Notes: a model not told the origin generated them from the sequence alone. A stretch of 64,000 nt of DNA from Octopus bimaculoides (GCF_001194135.2 NC_068989.1:60167294-60231293); one strand, 5' to 3'. Shown: positions 1 through 12,852, numbered from the stretch's first letter. Translations and numbers: made by a program.

Positions 1-308
1 TTAACGTGCAAGTGGCTGAGCACTCCACAGGCACGTGTACCCTTAATGTAGTTCTCGGGGAGATTCAGCGTGACACAGTGTGACAAGGCTGACCCTTTGA
101 CCTACAGGCACAACATAAACAGGAAGTAAGAGTGAGAGAAAGTTGTGGTGAAAAAGTACAGCAGGGTTCGCCACCATCCCCTGCCGGAGCCTCGTAGAGC
201 TTTAGGTGTTTTCGCTCAATAAACACTCACAACGCCTGGTATGGGAATCGAAACCACGATCCTATTACCGCGAGTCCGCTGCCCTAACCACTGGGCCATT
301 GCGACTCC
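1..308 (-). mobile_element. SINE-A (tRNA-headed SINE), 5' part; copy cut by window start
   Basis: Reverse complement has A-box-like TGGCCCAGTGG and B-box-like GGTTTCGATTCC; body near-identical to seven other copies in the window. Confidence 0.9.
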
Positions 309-420
309 ACAATGACATTGGTACACAACTAGAAATCTTCATGCAGTGTATGGTCAATTAAATTATACAGAGTGCTCTTTTTAAACCCAAAATCAATATT
401 TTGTAATCGAGGCACCTTTT

Positions 421-660
421 GTGTAGGTGGGGGTTAGTTGATTTAATAGACTTCATTACTTGACCGGTACTTTAGTTTGTTGACCTCGAAAGGATGAAGT
501 TGACCTTCGTGGAATTTGAACTTAGAATGTAAAAAGACGTACCAAAATACAATCTACTAAATATCGATCTCAAACACTGGCAGAGGGACAACAAATTTGA
601 AGGAGAATATATTCGTTTAAATCAAGCACAGTACTTGACTAGTAATTTATTTTATCGATC
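421..660 (-). mobile_element. Degenerate SINE-B fragments
   Basis: Contains ggtactttagtttgttgacctcgaaaggatgaag and gaatttgaacttagaa, matching the reverse strand of better SINE-B copies (e.g. 20098-20313). Confidence 0.55.
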
Positions 661-1030
661 GCATTTATTTTGAATCCAAGACTGCATCTTTATGAAAGCA
701 AGACATTACTTTCACATTGTGCTTCGGTGTCGCAGTAGCAATTCGATTCCAAAACCTTTCCATCATTTATTCTAACATGAAACTTAAATATAACTTTCTT
801 CCTGTCTCAACAGTTGAATAATTTTTTTTTAGTGATGAGAGTAAACTGGGATTACTGGAAAAAGACATGTTGAGATATTTCAATTTTATATTGTGTTTTT
901 TTTTTTATTTGTAACTGTAAGATTGTTATCATTTTTGCCATAACATTTCTATTTTCTGCCTTTAAAATTCAGCATCAGTAAAAAATGTTTTAAAAGTTCA
1001 GTCGTAGTTTACCCAGGATGCTCACAGCCT

Positions 1031-1460
1031 TACATACATACATACACACATACACACATACTTGCATACATAATATACATATATATGTGCATGTATGAAG
1101 ATATCGATGTACACACTCCTACACATACCTGGTCTGGCGTACGTACATACATACACATATATGCATGTATATATATATGTGTGTGTATGTACATATATAT
1201 GCACATATATATGCACACGTATATATATATGCATATGTAAGTATATATGCACATATATATGTATATGCATATATATGCATATATACATATATTTGCACAT
1301 GTATATGTACATGGATATATACAGGTACACAGGTACATATATATGTGCATACATGCATACATGTACATATATATGTGCATATATGTGCATGTATGTACAT
1401 ATATATGTGCATGTATGAGTGTATGAGTGTATGCGTGTGTGTATATGTTTATGCATGTAG
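1031..1460. repeat. Compound (TA)n/(CA)n/(TG)n/(TACA)n microsatellite
   Basis: Directly visible; source of the His/Tyr/Ile/Cys-rich spurious ORFs. Confidence 0.95.
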
Positions 1461-2339
1461 ACGCATAAAGGTATATTTGCAAGACCACAATAAATATAGC
1501 TTTGCGTGTAGGTTTCTTCAAAGAAAGATAGAGATCTACCAGCAAAAATGTTGTATGTCAGACAAAATAATATGAAAAAGTGAGTGAATAAGCTTTTAAA
1601 CATGGACGATGATAGTAATCTACTACAGAGCAGATAAACAGATTTTCTCTGATTTGTATAAAATGCAAGAAAAATCTGATAATCGGAAAGACGAAACTAA
1701 ATAATGCTACACAATATAAAGATGTTATCTGTTGTAGCGCTGATAGCCATGTGACATGTCAGTTTGAAGAAAAAAAATATCAAAAAAGAAACAAAAACAA
1801 AAAAAACAATGAAAACTACAAACTAAAACACATAAAAGAATAACAATGAAATAAACATTGTTTTTCTATCATATAAACTAGAAAAATTTTAAGAAGTGCA
1901 AAAATGACTTAGTTATTCCATATTATAAATATCAAAAGTCGTAGTTGGTTATATAGTTAATATGTTAAAGTATCGACAGTTCATACGCTGTTGTCGGAAG
2001 ACATGCACAATGACCATAATAGAAACTCTTATTAATTGAATGGATAAGTCGACCCTAGCTGTAAAGGGATATCACATATAGGTATAAATTTTTTTCTTTG
2101 AGATGTTACAGTATATGTTTTTTTTTATATAATGATTTGTAAGCAATATCAATGATGTTTACAGGTTTGTACCAGGTCAGTCTGGGGTTCATTGCATTCC
2201 TGATGATGACAGTGGCATAGGAATGATTTTAAATTAATTCAAAGTAAGTATTCCAAGAGGCTTCGTTCGAAAAAATAACAAAAGAAAATAATTTGTCGCT
2301 TATCTCAATAGTGTTAGTCTCCCAAAAAATAAACGCATA

Positions 2340-2780
<441 letters not shown>

Positions 2781-2799
2781 CTATTTTTTAATAATAAAT

Positions 2800-3815
2800 T
2801 TTTCCACTGAGGAGGGAGCCGATTTCCAACAAAGATACAAGGATCCATCTTTGGGATGTAGTTAACACAGGCAAATTCACATTTGAAACTTGAGAAAAGT
2901 CTTGCATATTTTTACTGTTCTTCTCACAGATTGGACTTGTAATGTTCAGGAGTGTCAATGACTCTCGCCTTTGAGATTGACTTCCGTTAGAAGTTGATAT
3001 CATCATTTTTATTTATTTTTCTTTCATCACATCTCCCTTTATTTGATATTTTCCTTCTAGGGAAGTTTAATAGTTCTTCCGTTTGGGACTACTTCCAGCC
3101 GTTCTGTTTGTATCCTCTTTCTTGTACTACTCCGATTTCTTGTGGCGTTGGAACATCAAAGGTGTCATAGAGCACTTCCATGGGTATCTCTTTTCTTTTT
3201 TTGTGCTCCTATTTTTCGCCTGTTATATATGTCATTTTGCCTATTCTTTTTGTTACTACTCCATCTTCCCAACATTGTCTCCCATTTGTTTATTTTGAAA
3301 AAAGCCTTGTCACCAATATCAAAAAAATTTGCTGTATTCTTAGTGTTTTCGCTATTTGCTTTTCTTACTCTTAGCAGCTTGTCAAAATTTGACTTTATTT
3401 CTCGAGCAAACATTAGTTCCGCAGGCAACTTGCTTGGAAAAGAGTTCGGGTTTGGTGTTATCCTATAAACCATCAAGAATTGAGTGACTGATGCATCATC
3501 GACTTGCTCGTTTCTTGATTTCTTTAATGCTCTTTTAAATGTATCCATGAACCTTTCCCCTTGCCCGTTTGATCTTGGGTGATACAGAGGAGTAGTAATA
3601 TGTTCAATTAAGTACATCTTGCAAAAATTCTTAAATTCATTCGCCGTGAACTGTCTACCGTTATCGGAGACTTAGTACCTAGCAAAAAGTTCGTGTAGAA
3701 ATTCATCTGTTACCGTGGATTTTGGTTTTCTGCATTTACACATTTCTGGAAATTTAGTAAAGCTATCTACCACAATTAGATAATACGATCGGTTTAACGG
3801 TTCTGCGAACAGAAG
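2800..3815 (-). mobile_element. Gypsy-type LTR retrotransposon integrase relic
   Basis: Minus-strand peptides FAEPLN..YLIVVDSFTKFPE, SDNGRQFTANEFKNFCK, YHPRSNGQGERFMDTFKRALKK, PAELMFAR are rve integrase motifs; frameshifts present; no LTRs seen. Confidence 0.85.
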
Positions 3816-3864
3816 GAAACAAAGACTTTTCTCAAGTTACTGTCTCTAAGCGGGACAGATCAGA

Positions 3865-3945
<81 letters not shown>

Positions 3946-4660
3946 ACACAGAGAAGACTTTTCTCAAGTTCAAAACGTGAATTTGTTTTATATCCAAATT
4001 CTCGTGATGAATCTTTGTATCTTTGTTAGAAACCAGCTCTTTCATTGGAGAAGGATTTCAAATATATAAAAATAGAAGAGAACATACGATCATACATACC
4101 TACATCCATACATACATGCATGCATGCATACAAACATACATAATAAATACATACATACATACATACATACATACATACATACATGCATACATACATCGAC
4201 ATTCGTAATTTTATGTTTTCAGTATTTTCATGTCCGATAAATGTTTTCACTCAACCTATCTGCTAAATGGTAACTCTATCCGATCCATATCGTATATTTC
4301 TTACAGTAAAAGATATAACACAGAAGTTGGTTTTTTTTTTCACTTCACACATACGTATTTTCTAAATATAATCCGTTATGAATAGTATTTTTACAAAATG
4401 AAAACACTTTCGACTCAAATCTTTTGCCTTTCTCCTGTCGTTGTTAGTACATATGTCCCTTCATCTATTTTTGTCTTCTACTTCTCACCCCTCCGCATTA
4501 ATTAGGACACTCTCATTCTCTTCCTTTATCTCGCTTCATTTTCATATATATACATGTGTATGTATGAGTTTGTGGTTGTCTGAATATATACATACATACA
4601 TACATACATACATACATACACACACACGCACACACACACACATATATATATGTATGTATG

Positions 4661-4704
<44 letters not shown>

Positions 4705-4982
4705 TGTGTGTGTGCATGTGTGTACACACATTCTAATTTAATCCTCTCCCAAATTAATTTGACAAGATCATAAGATCGATTATTCTGTAGTTTATCACAT
4801 ATTAAAGTCAAACAAACATACGCGCGCACGCTCATATATACACGCAGATGTTTGAGTTTGTGTGTATATGTATATATAGTATGTAGTGTATATGTATATA
4901 TATATATATATATAGACATATTATAGTTTTATATACAAATACATCGTGTACACACGCACACACAAGTAAATATACGTATATA

Positions 4983-5490
4983 CGAGGGTGGATTGAAAAG
5001 TTCATAGGCTGACTATGGAGAAGTCGAATTAAAGAGGGGAAGGGAGAGTATTTAAGATGATCTCCTGTCTGAACGTCATGAAATTTCCACCACTGAAGAA
5101 ATCAATGGTTGTATTCACCACATGGTGATGGATAACAGACGATTGACAATAAATCAAATCGCCAATGATATTAGCATATCCCTTGAAAGACTTGAGAATA
5201 CTCTGCGCATGAACTTGGCATGACGAATGTTTCTGCTCGGTAGGTGCCACATCTTCTGATACTTGATGAAAAGCGCACCAGGCTGATAACATCCCATGAA
5301 AATCTGACATTGTTTGAGGCAGATCCAAATAGTTTGCTAATCCAGGATGAGTGTTGGTTTGATCACTTTGAGACAGAGACAAAGAGGCAATGCATGCAGT
5401 GGAGACACCCTTCTTCGCCTGCTCCAAAGAAGACCAAGGTCGATTCATTTGCAGAGGAGGTGATTTTTTTCCGTTTTGGGGATACAAAGA
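4983..5490 (+). mobile_element. mariner (irritans/Hsmar2-like) truncated, internally deleted relic
   Basis: TA followed by TIR-like CGAGGGTGGATTGAAAAGTTCAT; decayed transposase (..QDECWFDHFETETKRQCMQWRHPSSPAPKK..); no 3' TIR. Confidence 0.85.
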
Positions 5491-5871
5491 CACAAGTTGC
5501 CGTCCGGTCCAGGATTTCAACCCACAACATTATGATCGTTAACTTCACATCCTAACACTCGGCTGCCCGCATTCTCTCACGAGTATCTAACTAGTAGTAA
5601 ATACTTAAGATGGTATGATACTGTTTACTCATGAAATAAAAGGTCCCTTTAATACAGAAAAAATAGTTCTTAATTTTATAGGGAAGGATGTGTATTCGAG
5701 GTATGTCTGGTGAGATTTTTTGGCGTTAATGTTTTTTCCAAGGTTATCAATATCAGATTGAAGCAAAATAAGAACACGGAAACAAAGTTAGAAGTGGCGG
5801 AAGTGACAAAGTTTATAAAAGAAAAGATTTGTTCACTCTGTTAGAATAGTTAATATAAAGTCTGAGGGTTC

Positions 5872-7384
5872 TTTTATTCTTATATTTGTTTCCGTCATTT
5901 GACTGCAGCCAGCCATGCTGGAGCACTGCCTTAAAGGGTTCTTTAGTCGAAGAAATCGACCCCAGGACTTATTCTTTGTGAGTCTAGTACTTATTCTATT
6001 GGATGTCTTTTGCCGAACCACTTAGTTACGGGGACGTAAACACACTAACATCGGTTGTCAAACAGTTGTGAGGGACAAACACAGATACAAAAACACACAC
6101 CTTAATTATATATATATATATATATATATATNNNNNNNNNNNNNNNNNNNNNNNNNNNNNNNNNNNNNNNNNNNNNNNNNNNNNNNNNNNNNNNNNNNNN
6201 NNNNNNNNNNNNNNNNNNNNNNNNNNNNNNNNNNNNNNNNNNNNNNNNNNNNNNNNNNNNNNNTGAGACGGAACCCAGAATCATGTGGTTGGGAAGCAAG
6301 CTTCTTTATTTCATATAGATTTGTCACACATGCATTACAGAGAGGGGACAAACAAGGACAGACAAACATGAAGGGTGAAGAAACTTTTACGTTTTAAAAA
6401 TTTCAAATTAATCGGATGAAAAAATGAATCGATGAAATATGCAATAAAGATTTTAAATTTTGAATAAGTCATTGCATTCCGCAATCAGGAGCGTTGAAAG
6501 AAAGGCACCCGGCCATCTGGATAGAACCTTTACTTTTTAACCCGACCTCACTTACCTGGTGCCAATCGTACCCAGCTTGCTCACCACAGGCTTCCATCTT
6601 TTCACAAACATATCGCGTGACAGACACTTCTTCTCCAGCCTGATCTTACTACCGATGTGGTAACTAAAAAAGTTAACCAAACCCTGGCCAGAGATAAAGG
6701 TACTTGTCACTATACCTTTCACACGCGTCTTCCATACTGTTTCTTTCAGTATGGCTACTACGCAGAGAAAACAAGCCTTCCTTTCCCTGTTAAAGAAAGG
6801 AGGTGGTACAATCTCGATGATTAGAATCAGCTGATAGCTGTAATCTTCCCATCACTGACAACAGTTGTTCGACAAAATCTGTGAGTCCCGATAACTCTGG
6901 ACTCTTCACGAATCCGTACAAGACGGTTTCTCTATCTTGCCCACATCTCGGGCATGTCGGCGAGACGGCACTTCCGTGCCTTGACAACTTGTCACGAACA
7001 GGTAACGCCGCACGAAAGCACTGCCAAGCCAGGGATTTCTGGTAATTATCCAGATATCCTGGCCCGAACGTTCTCCTGAATATCTTGATCAACTTTTTTT
7101 CATCGTAGCCAAGGGTCTCCCCCAAGGCGTCTTCTGACATAGATTCCCCTAACTCGCTATAGAAATCCGCAGTAGAACTCCTGCTGCCGACATTGCCTGC
7201 CCGAGTGAGTAGCTGGAGCGCCTGACAGCACTCCAGATGCCAGTCTCCCAGCTTAGGTCTCCGCTTGATCCATGCACCAATGTCCGTTAAGGACGTTAAC
7301 TGAGGAAGGTAGAACCGAACGTGCGGTGATTTCACCTGCTCTCCATCCGGGGAAGCAAGCTTCTTACCACAGAGCCACGCCTGC
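5872..7384 (-). mobile_element. SINE-C copy split by a LINE insertion (5872-6306 plus 7350-7384)
   Basis: Tail, body, microsatellite/gap and head match the intact copy at 48475-48925; the head resumes at 7350 after the insertion. Confidence 0.85.
6307..7349 (-). mobile_element. 5'-truncated L1/Tx1-like non-LTR retrotransposon with 16-bp TSD
   Basis: ORF 6790-7335 has a zf-RVT-like motif (LAWQCFRAALPVRDKL..CPRCGQDRETVL); frameshifted C-terminus and 3' UTR follow; gggaagcaagcttctt at 6291-6306 and 7350-7365. Confidence 0.85.
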
Positions 7385-7391
7385 TGAATCT

Positions 7392-7620
7392 TTTATCTGT
7401 TGTCTTGTTTCAGTCATTTGACGGCAGCCATGCTGGGGCACCGCCTTGAAGTACTTTAGTTGAACACACCGAATCTAGGACTTATTTGTTAAATTCAAGT
7501 ACATATTCTGTCGGTCTATTTTGCCGAATCGCTAAGCACACCAACATAAACACACCAACATCGGCTGTCAAGCGGTGATGAGGAAATCACAGGTACAAAG
7601 ACACACACACACACACAATT
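7392..7620 (-). mobile_element. SINE-C 3' half
   Basis: gtttcagtcatttgacggcagccatgctggggcaccgcc...cacaccaacatcggctgtcaagc matches the other SINE-C copies and runs into a (CA)n tract. Confidence 0.8.
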
Positions 7621-7969
7621 ACACACAATCACACACATACACACACAATCACACATACATACACACATGTATATTATACGTCTGTATGTTTAAGTACATG
7701 ACATTACAGTCTGTGAAGTCGCCCGTACTTTCTCATGATTTATTGGAGTCAGTGAGGAGATAAGATACATGAATATTCTTTAGGTAAGTGTACGGAAAGG
7801 GAAGAAATAAGCTTCGTCTGTCTGACAATATCTTTAGGAGGAATTTTGCGGGGGATGCTAGATATTTTAGAATAAAAGTGCAAAAAACTCATTTTACGGT
7901 AGGGAAAAGGAAAAGGAAAAGGAAAAGGAAAAGAAAACACATGGGCTTCACCGATGGGGTTCATCGATA

Positions 7970-8108
7970 TATAGATAGATATATGTATGTATATCTATGT
8001 GTATGAATGCATATATATATATGTATAAATCTTTACACACGTATATGTGTGTGCATGTATGTATATGTAAGTATGTATGCATATTTATATGTATGTATAT
8101 ATATATTT

Positions 8109-8145
<37 letters not shown>

Positions 8146-8288
8146 TACAAACATACGTACATACATACACACACACACACATATATATATATATACACAC
8201 ATACATATATACATATACATATATGCGTAAACGTATATCTACAAACGCACACANNNNNNNNNNNNNNNNNNNNNNNNNNNNNNNNNNN

Positions 8289-8339
<51 letters not shown>

Positions 8340-8470
8340 TAGATATACACATATATATATATATACATACATATACATATATATGTAAACGTATTTCTAC
8401 AAATATATGTAAATATATATACAACCGTTTTATGTATATATATTCTATACTTATATACTTTATACATATG
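7970..8470. repeat. Compound (TA)n/(CA)n microsatellite with gap
   Basis: Directly visible. Confidence 0.9.
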
Positions 8471-9385
8471 TTTACGTAGGAGACTATTAGATAACCCGTT
8501 TCGTTTACTTTCTTGATTTCATACTCTGTATTTAGTATTCCATCTGAATATGCGTATTAAGCCTACTTGTGTTGAACTCTCTGTCCCTGTGTCCATCTCT
8601 GTCTTCACACACACACACACACACACACATACACACACACATACATGCGCACATAATATTAATTTAAGTATATGCTATATATATACATTCACACATAATA
8701 TTAATGTAAGTATATACGATATATATATTTATATATGAATGTGCAAATACACCCACGCAAACACACACACACACATGGTGGCAGGAGTGAAAAAATGTCG
8801 ACCGATTTTAAATGAGATATTCAAATGTGATGCGAATATGTATGTACATAATTTTTAATGGAAAGAAATTCTGCACCGTCGGATGTCGTTACGTGTATTC
8901 CTTGGAGTATACACACATGCAGCCATATACTTATATACTGATTGGATTATATAACTGTATGAAATAATCTATAAGGTGCTGTTTGTGTATGTACATGCGT
9001 GTGTTGAGCTTATGTGTATGTGTTATGCCTGCGTATGTGTTGTGTGTGCGTATGTGTTCTGTGTGCGTGTGTTGTGTTAACGTTTGTGTTCTGCTGCTGC
9101 TGTCGATCTGTTTGTTGAAGTGTTTGGATTTTACCACCCACTCAGTTATTGTATTTAACCAGATGTTACATGAATCAAATGCTATATCCTAAACCCACAC
9201 ACGCGCACACACAGACAAGCAACGAGCGCGCGCAAACGCACAATGACACAAACCTTATATAGAATCACATATTAAATTTACTTATAAATTTTTTATTTGA
9301 AATTCTGAAATGACAAGTAAATATGAGAAAAGAGTTCTGTTTATTAGTGTTGTTATGGTAAACAGTTCCTATATGGAACATTAAT

Positions 9386-9645
9386 GATTCGTGCAAGACG
9401 GTTTCCCTATCTTGCCCACATCTCGGGCATGTCGGCGAGACGGCACTTCCGTGCCTTGACAGCTTGTCACGAACAGGTAACACTGCATGGAAGCACTGCC
9501 AAGCCAGGGATTTCTGGTAATTATCCAGATACCCTGGCCCCAACGCTCTCCTGAACAGGTTGACCAACTGATTTTCATCGTAGTCAAGGGCCTCCCCCAA
9601 GGCGTCTTCTGACATAGATTCCACTAACTCGCTATAGAAATCCGC
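9386..9645 (-). mobile_element. Second Tx1/L1-like internal fragment (zf-RVT region)
   Basis: Aligns by eye to 6909-7170 at roughly 90%; encodes YLDNYQKSLAWQCFHAVLPVRDKL..CPRCGQDRETVLH; lacks both element ends. Confidence 0.85.
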
Positions 9646-9878
9646 GGATAAATTACATTAGCAAGCGAAAGAGCGCCCTGTCTACGTAATGACTCTTGTT
9701 GAAATAACAGCCAAATCACATGCAAACACATTGTAAAATGTTGCATCTATTATTATATACCTATTAACGCTGGACATGCGAGATATGATATTATATATTA
9801 TGATTTATTGTAAAAGATGGGATAGTCACAGCTGGAACGCCATTCATGCATGGTTTACTTCATTAAGGTTGACCTGAG
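9646..9878. repeat. Copy 1 of a ~235-bp direct repeat (degenerate interspersed-repeat family, my label SINE-D)
   Basis: About 90% identical by eye to 10666-10902. Confidence 0.85.
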
Positions 9879-9933
9879 ACAAAACTAAATACATTAGTCC
9901 GATGTCGTTTTTCTTACTGCTATCGTTGTTGTT

Positions 9934-10340
9934 AAGGCGGTGAGGTGGCACAATCGTTAGCGAGCTGGACGTTCTGTATTGGAATTACATCTTGTTCGAC
10001 TTCACCTTTCATCCTTTCGAGGTCAATAAAATAAGTACAAGCTGAGCACTAGGAGTCGATGTAATTGATTAACATCCACCACTGAAATTGCTGGCCTTGT
10101 GCCAAAATATATTGTTGCTGTTAAGGTGGCGGGAGAGTCATTAGCGCGCCGGACAAAATGTTTAGCAGCATTTCATCCATTTTTATGTTCTGAGCTTAAA
10201 TTCCGCCGAAGTCATCGTTGCTTTTCATCCTTTCGGTTTCAATGAAATAAGTACTAACTGAGGACTGGGGTCAATGTAATGGACTAGCCCCCACCAAATA
10301 TTACAGGATTTTTGCCTTTTGTAGAAACAATTATTATTGT
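9934..10340 (+). mobile_element. Two head-to-tail SINE-B copies (9934-10108; 10122-10340)
   Basis: Each starts taaggYggY with a degenerate tRNA-like head, then tttcatcctttcg..aYaaaataagtac..gtcRatgtaat. Confidence 0.75.
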
Positions 10341-10665
10341 TGTTGCTGTTTTTGTTTAAAACTCACGTCATTTCTGATTAAACGGATGTATAATTAGATA
10401 CATTGCAGCCATAATTGTGTTTACTTTCTGTCAGAATATTTTAATTAAAACATTGCTAATTTGTCAATTATTTAGTAAGATATTAAGGTGTGTTTTGAAG
10501 GAGATTTTGCTGCTTATATTTGCTTTGTGTCGTGATGGGATGTGATAGGATGTGATGTTTATGTATTTATAAAGAATTATTGAAATAAAAATGTACATCT
10601 TGAGGAAATCGAAGCTCAACCGATGACTGTACGAGGGAAACTTTTCTGTTGCTTAATATAATTAA

Positions 10666-10902
10666 GGATAAATTATATTAGCAAGCGAAAGAGCACCCCT
10701 CTCTACGTGCTTTAACTCTTGTTAAAAATAACAGCCAAATCACGTGCAAACACATTGTAAAATGTTGCATCTATTGTTCTATACTTATTAACGCTGGACA
10801 TGCAAGATATGATATTATGTATTATGATTTATTGTAAAAGATGGGATAGTCACAGCTGGAACGTCATTCATGCTTGGTTTACTTCATTAAGGTTGACCTG
10901 AG
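10666..10902. repeat. Copy 2 of the ~235-bp direct repeat
   Basis: Long identical stretches shared with 9646-9878, e.g. tattatgatttattgtaaaagatgggatagtcacagctggaacg. Confidence 0.85.
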
Positions 10903-12192
10903 GCTATTCAGCAACAATGATTTCAGCTGAATTTGCATTAATGTTGTACGACATTTAAAATTGATTTATTACACAATTTTGTTAATTTATTTTATTGTTT
11001 AATTTAAAATACGCAGAAAAATATTTCACGATATAAAAAAATAATAACAGCCTATGGCTTGAAAAATAAAACAACAAAAACAATTTCATTAAGTGCGTAT
11101 TTTGGCGTTGCTACTTTGAATCTGTAATTCCGATCTGAACTTATAAAATTACCACTGGAAAATAAAATTCTTTTTAGATTTAAAAAAAAAAAAATTCACT
11201 TAATTGATTTTGTTTTGTATTTCCTGTTTGTTTCTCATACTCGTTATTTATGTGACATTTGTCTATTTTGTCTGTTGTCTTTAAGTTACTGTGGCTTCAT
11301 GTATGTAACTTGAGGAGAATTGGGTTAAAGAACAACGTATAAATGTCTAATTCCTTTTTAGTTAGAATTGTTTTGAAGTGAATTATGAACTCAAACGTTT
11401 CAAAGAAGTGACCCGAGTTTAAATATCTGTTTCAGCTATTTATAGGAAAACATTTTTAGCTGGAATCCTAATATTTGTTTTATAATTTATAAAAACCAAC
11501 GTAAATTTAGCTAGTTATTTTTAGTTGGCCAAGATAAGAGCAATTATTTGCTAATTTTCCCAATTTACCCCTACTTAACTTTCAATCAATAATGTTCATA
11601 GTTTAAAAAATGTTTATATTTACATTAGATTTCCATATTTATAGAAGGAAATAGATAGATATAATCAAATAGATGCATAAATGTATACACATCAAACTGA
11701 AACATATGCACACGCACGCAGACACATAGATATATGTGTATCTGCAAACATGTGTATACAACGACAGAAAATAGATAATTTTAATACATTTTATTCTTTA
11801 TTTTGTGTTTTCTTTTAAAATGAATATATTTTTGCTCTCAATTTTGAAAGCATTTTTGTTCTTTTCATAGAACAATGATTCTTTTTAATAGCTTACATTT
11901 TTAAATATGTCGTCTACAATATTTGTTCTCGGTTACAATGGAAGATTATTTATTCCATCACCATGAAAGCTAAACCGTTAAGCTATAATCAGCTTCTGAT
12001 TGATCTTCTAATTGGCTTTACGTCGAGAATGGTATATGGCAATCCTTTACCTGCAATCGTTGAATTTTATGTAAAATAAACTGCTGTATAATAGTCATGA
12101 TACCATTACAAAGCTGACAGAGACTATTAACAACTCTAATCTGAAGCTGTATTTTGTTATAGAGATTTTCTGTATCATTCTCTCAGTTTTCT

Positions 12193-12852
12193 TAGATTTG
12201 ATGTGAGCATTCCCAATCACTAGCCATCAATTTGACGTCAGCAATTGTAGTGATAAGTCCATTAATTCGACGTCAGCATTCCTTGCTTTGAGCCATGATT
12301 TGACGTCAACATTCTTGTCCTTGAGCCATTAACTTGACTTCAGGATTCCTAGGTATTTCACCATTAATTCGACGTTAGCATGCCTGGTTATTGCGCTATG
12401 GATTTGCTTTCAGCATTTCTTATCACTGAACCATTACTTTGATGTCAGCATTCCTAGCTATCATTGAGTTATTAACTTGACGCCAGTAATCCTTATCCTT
12501 GAGTCACCAACTTAACGTAAGTATTCCTAATCATTGCGTCATGAATTTGACGTCAGCATTCTTTGTCTTGGCCTATTAATTTGACGTCAGCATTCCTTGC
12601 CTTGCGCTATTAATTTGACGTCAGGATTCTTTGTACTGGGCAATTAATTAGATGTCAGAATTCCTTGCCTTGTGTTATTAATTTGACATCAGGATTCCTT
12701 GTAACTGAGCCATTCATTTGAATTCGGTATTCATAGTCGTTGATTCATTAGTTTTATTATGCAATGTTCTCGGTTTACAGCTAATTATTTGACTTCGGTA
12801 TTCGTAGTCATTGAGCCATTAATTTTATTATACACTGTTCTCGCTGTACAGC
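12193..12852. repeat. 34-bp minisatellite, consensus ~ATTAATTTGACGTCAGCATTCCTTGTCTTGAGCC (about 15 units plus a degenerate two-unit tail)
   Basis: Core motifs at 12548, 12582, 12616, 12650 and 12684 are exactly 34 bp apart. Confidence 0.9.

Noticed and set aside
1022-1603. Long ORFs (up to 193 aa) rich in His/Tyr/Ile/Cys/Val, here and at many other positions
   Set aside because: They are translations of dinucleotide and tetranucleotide microsatellites, open in several frames on both strands.
2195-2226. CTGATGA inside a cattcc/ggaatg stem as a hammerhead
   Set aside because: No GAAA after helix II and no helix III.
11897-12054. Candidate minus-strand exon (tgcag|GTAAAGGATTGCC..) next to the CRE array
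   Set aside because: All frames stop before the next donor, the 20-aa peptide is unrecognisable, and no partner exons were found.
12193-12720. CRISPR-like array interpretation of the 34-bp or 20-bp repeats
   Set aside because: Units are contiguous and degenerate, with no unique spacers and no cas genes, in a eukaryotic context.
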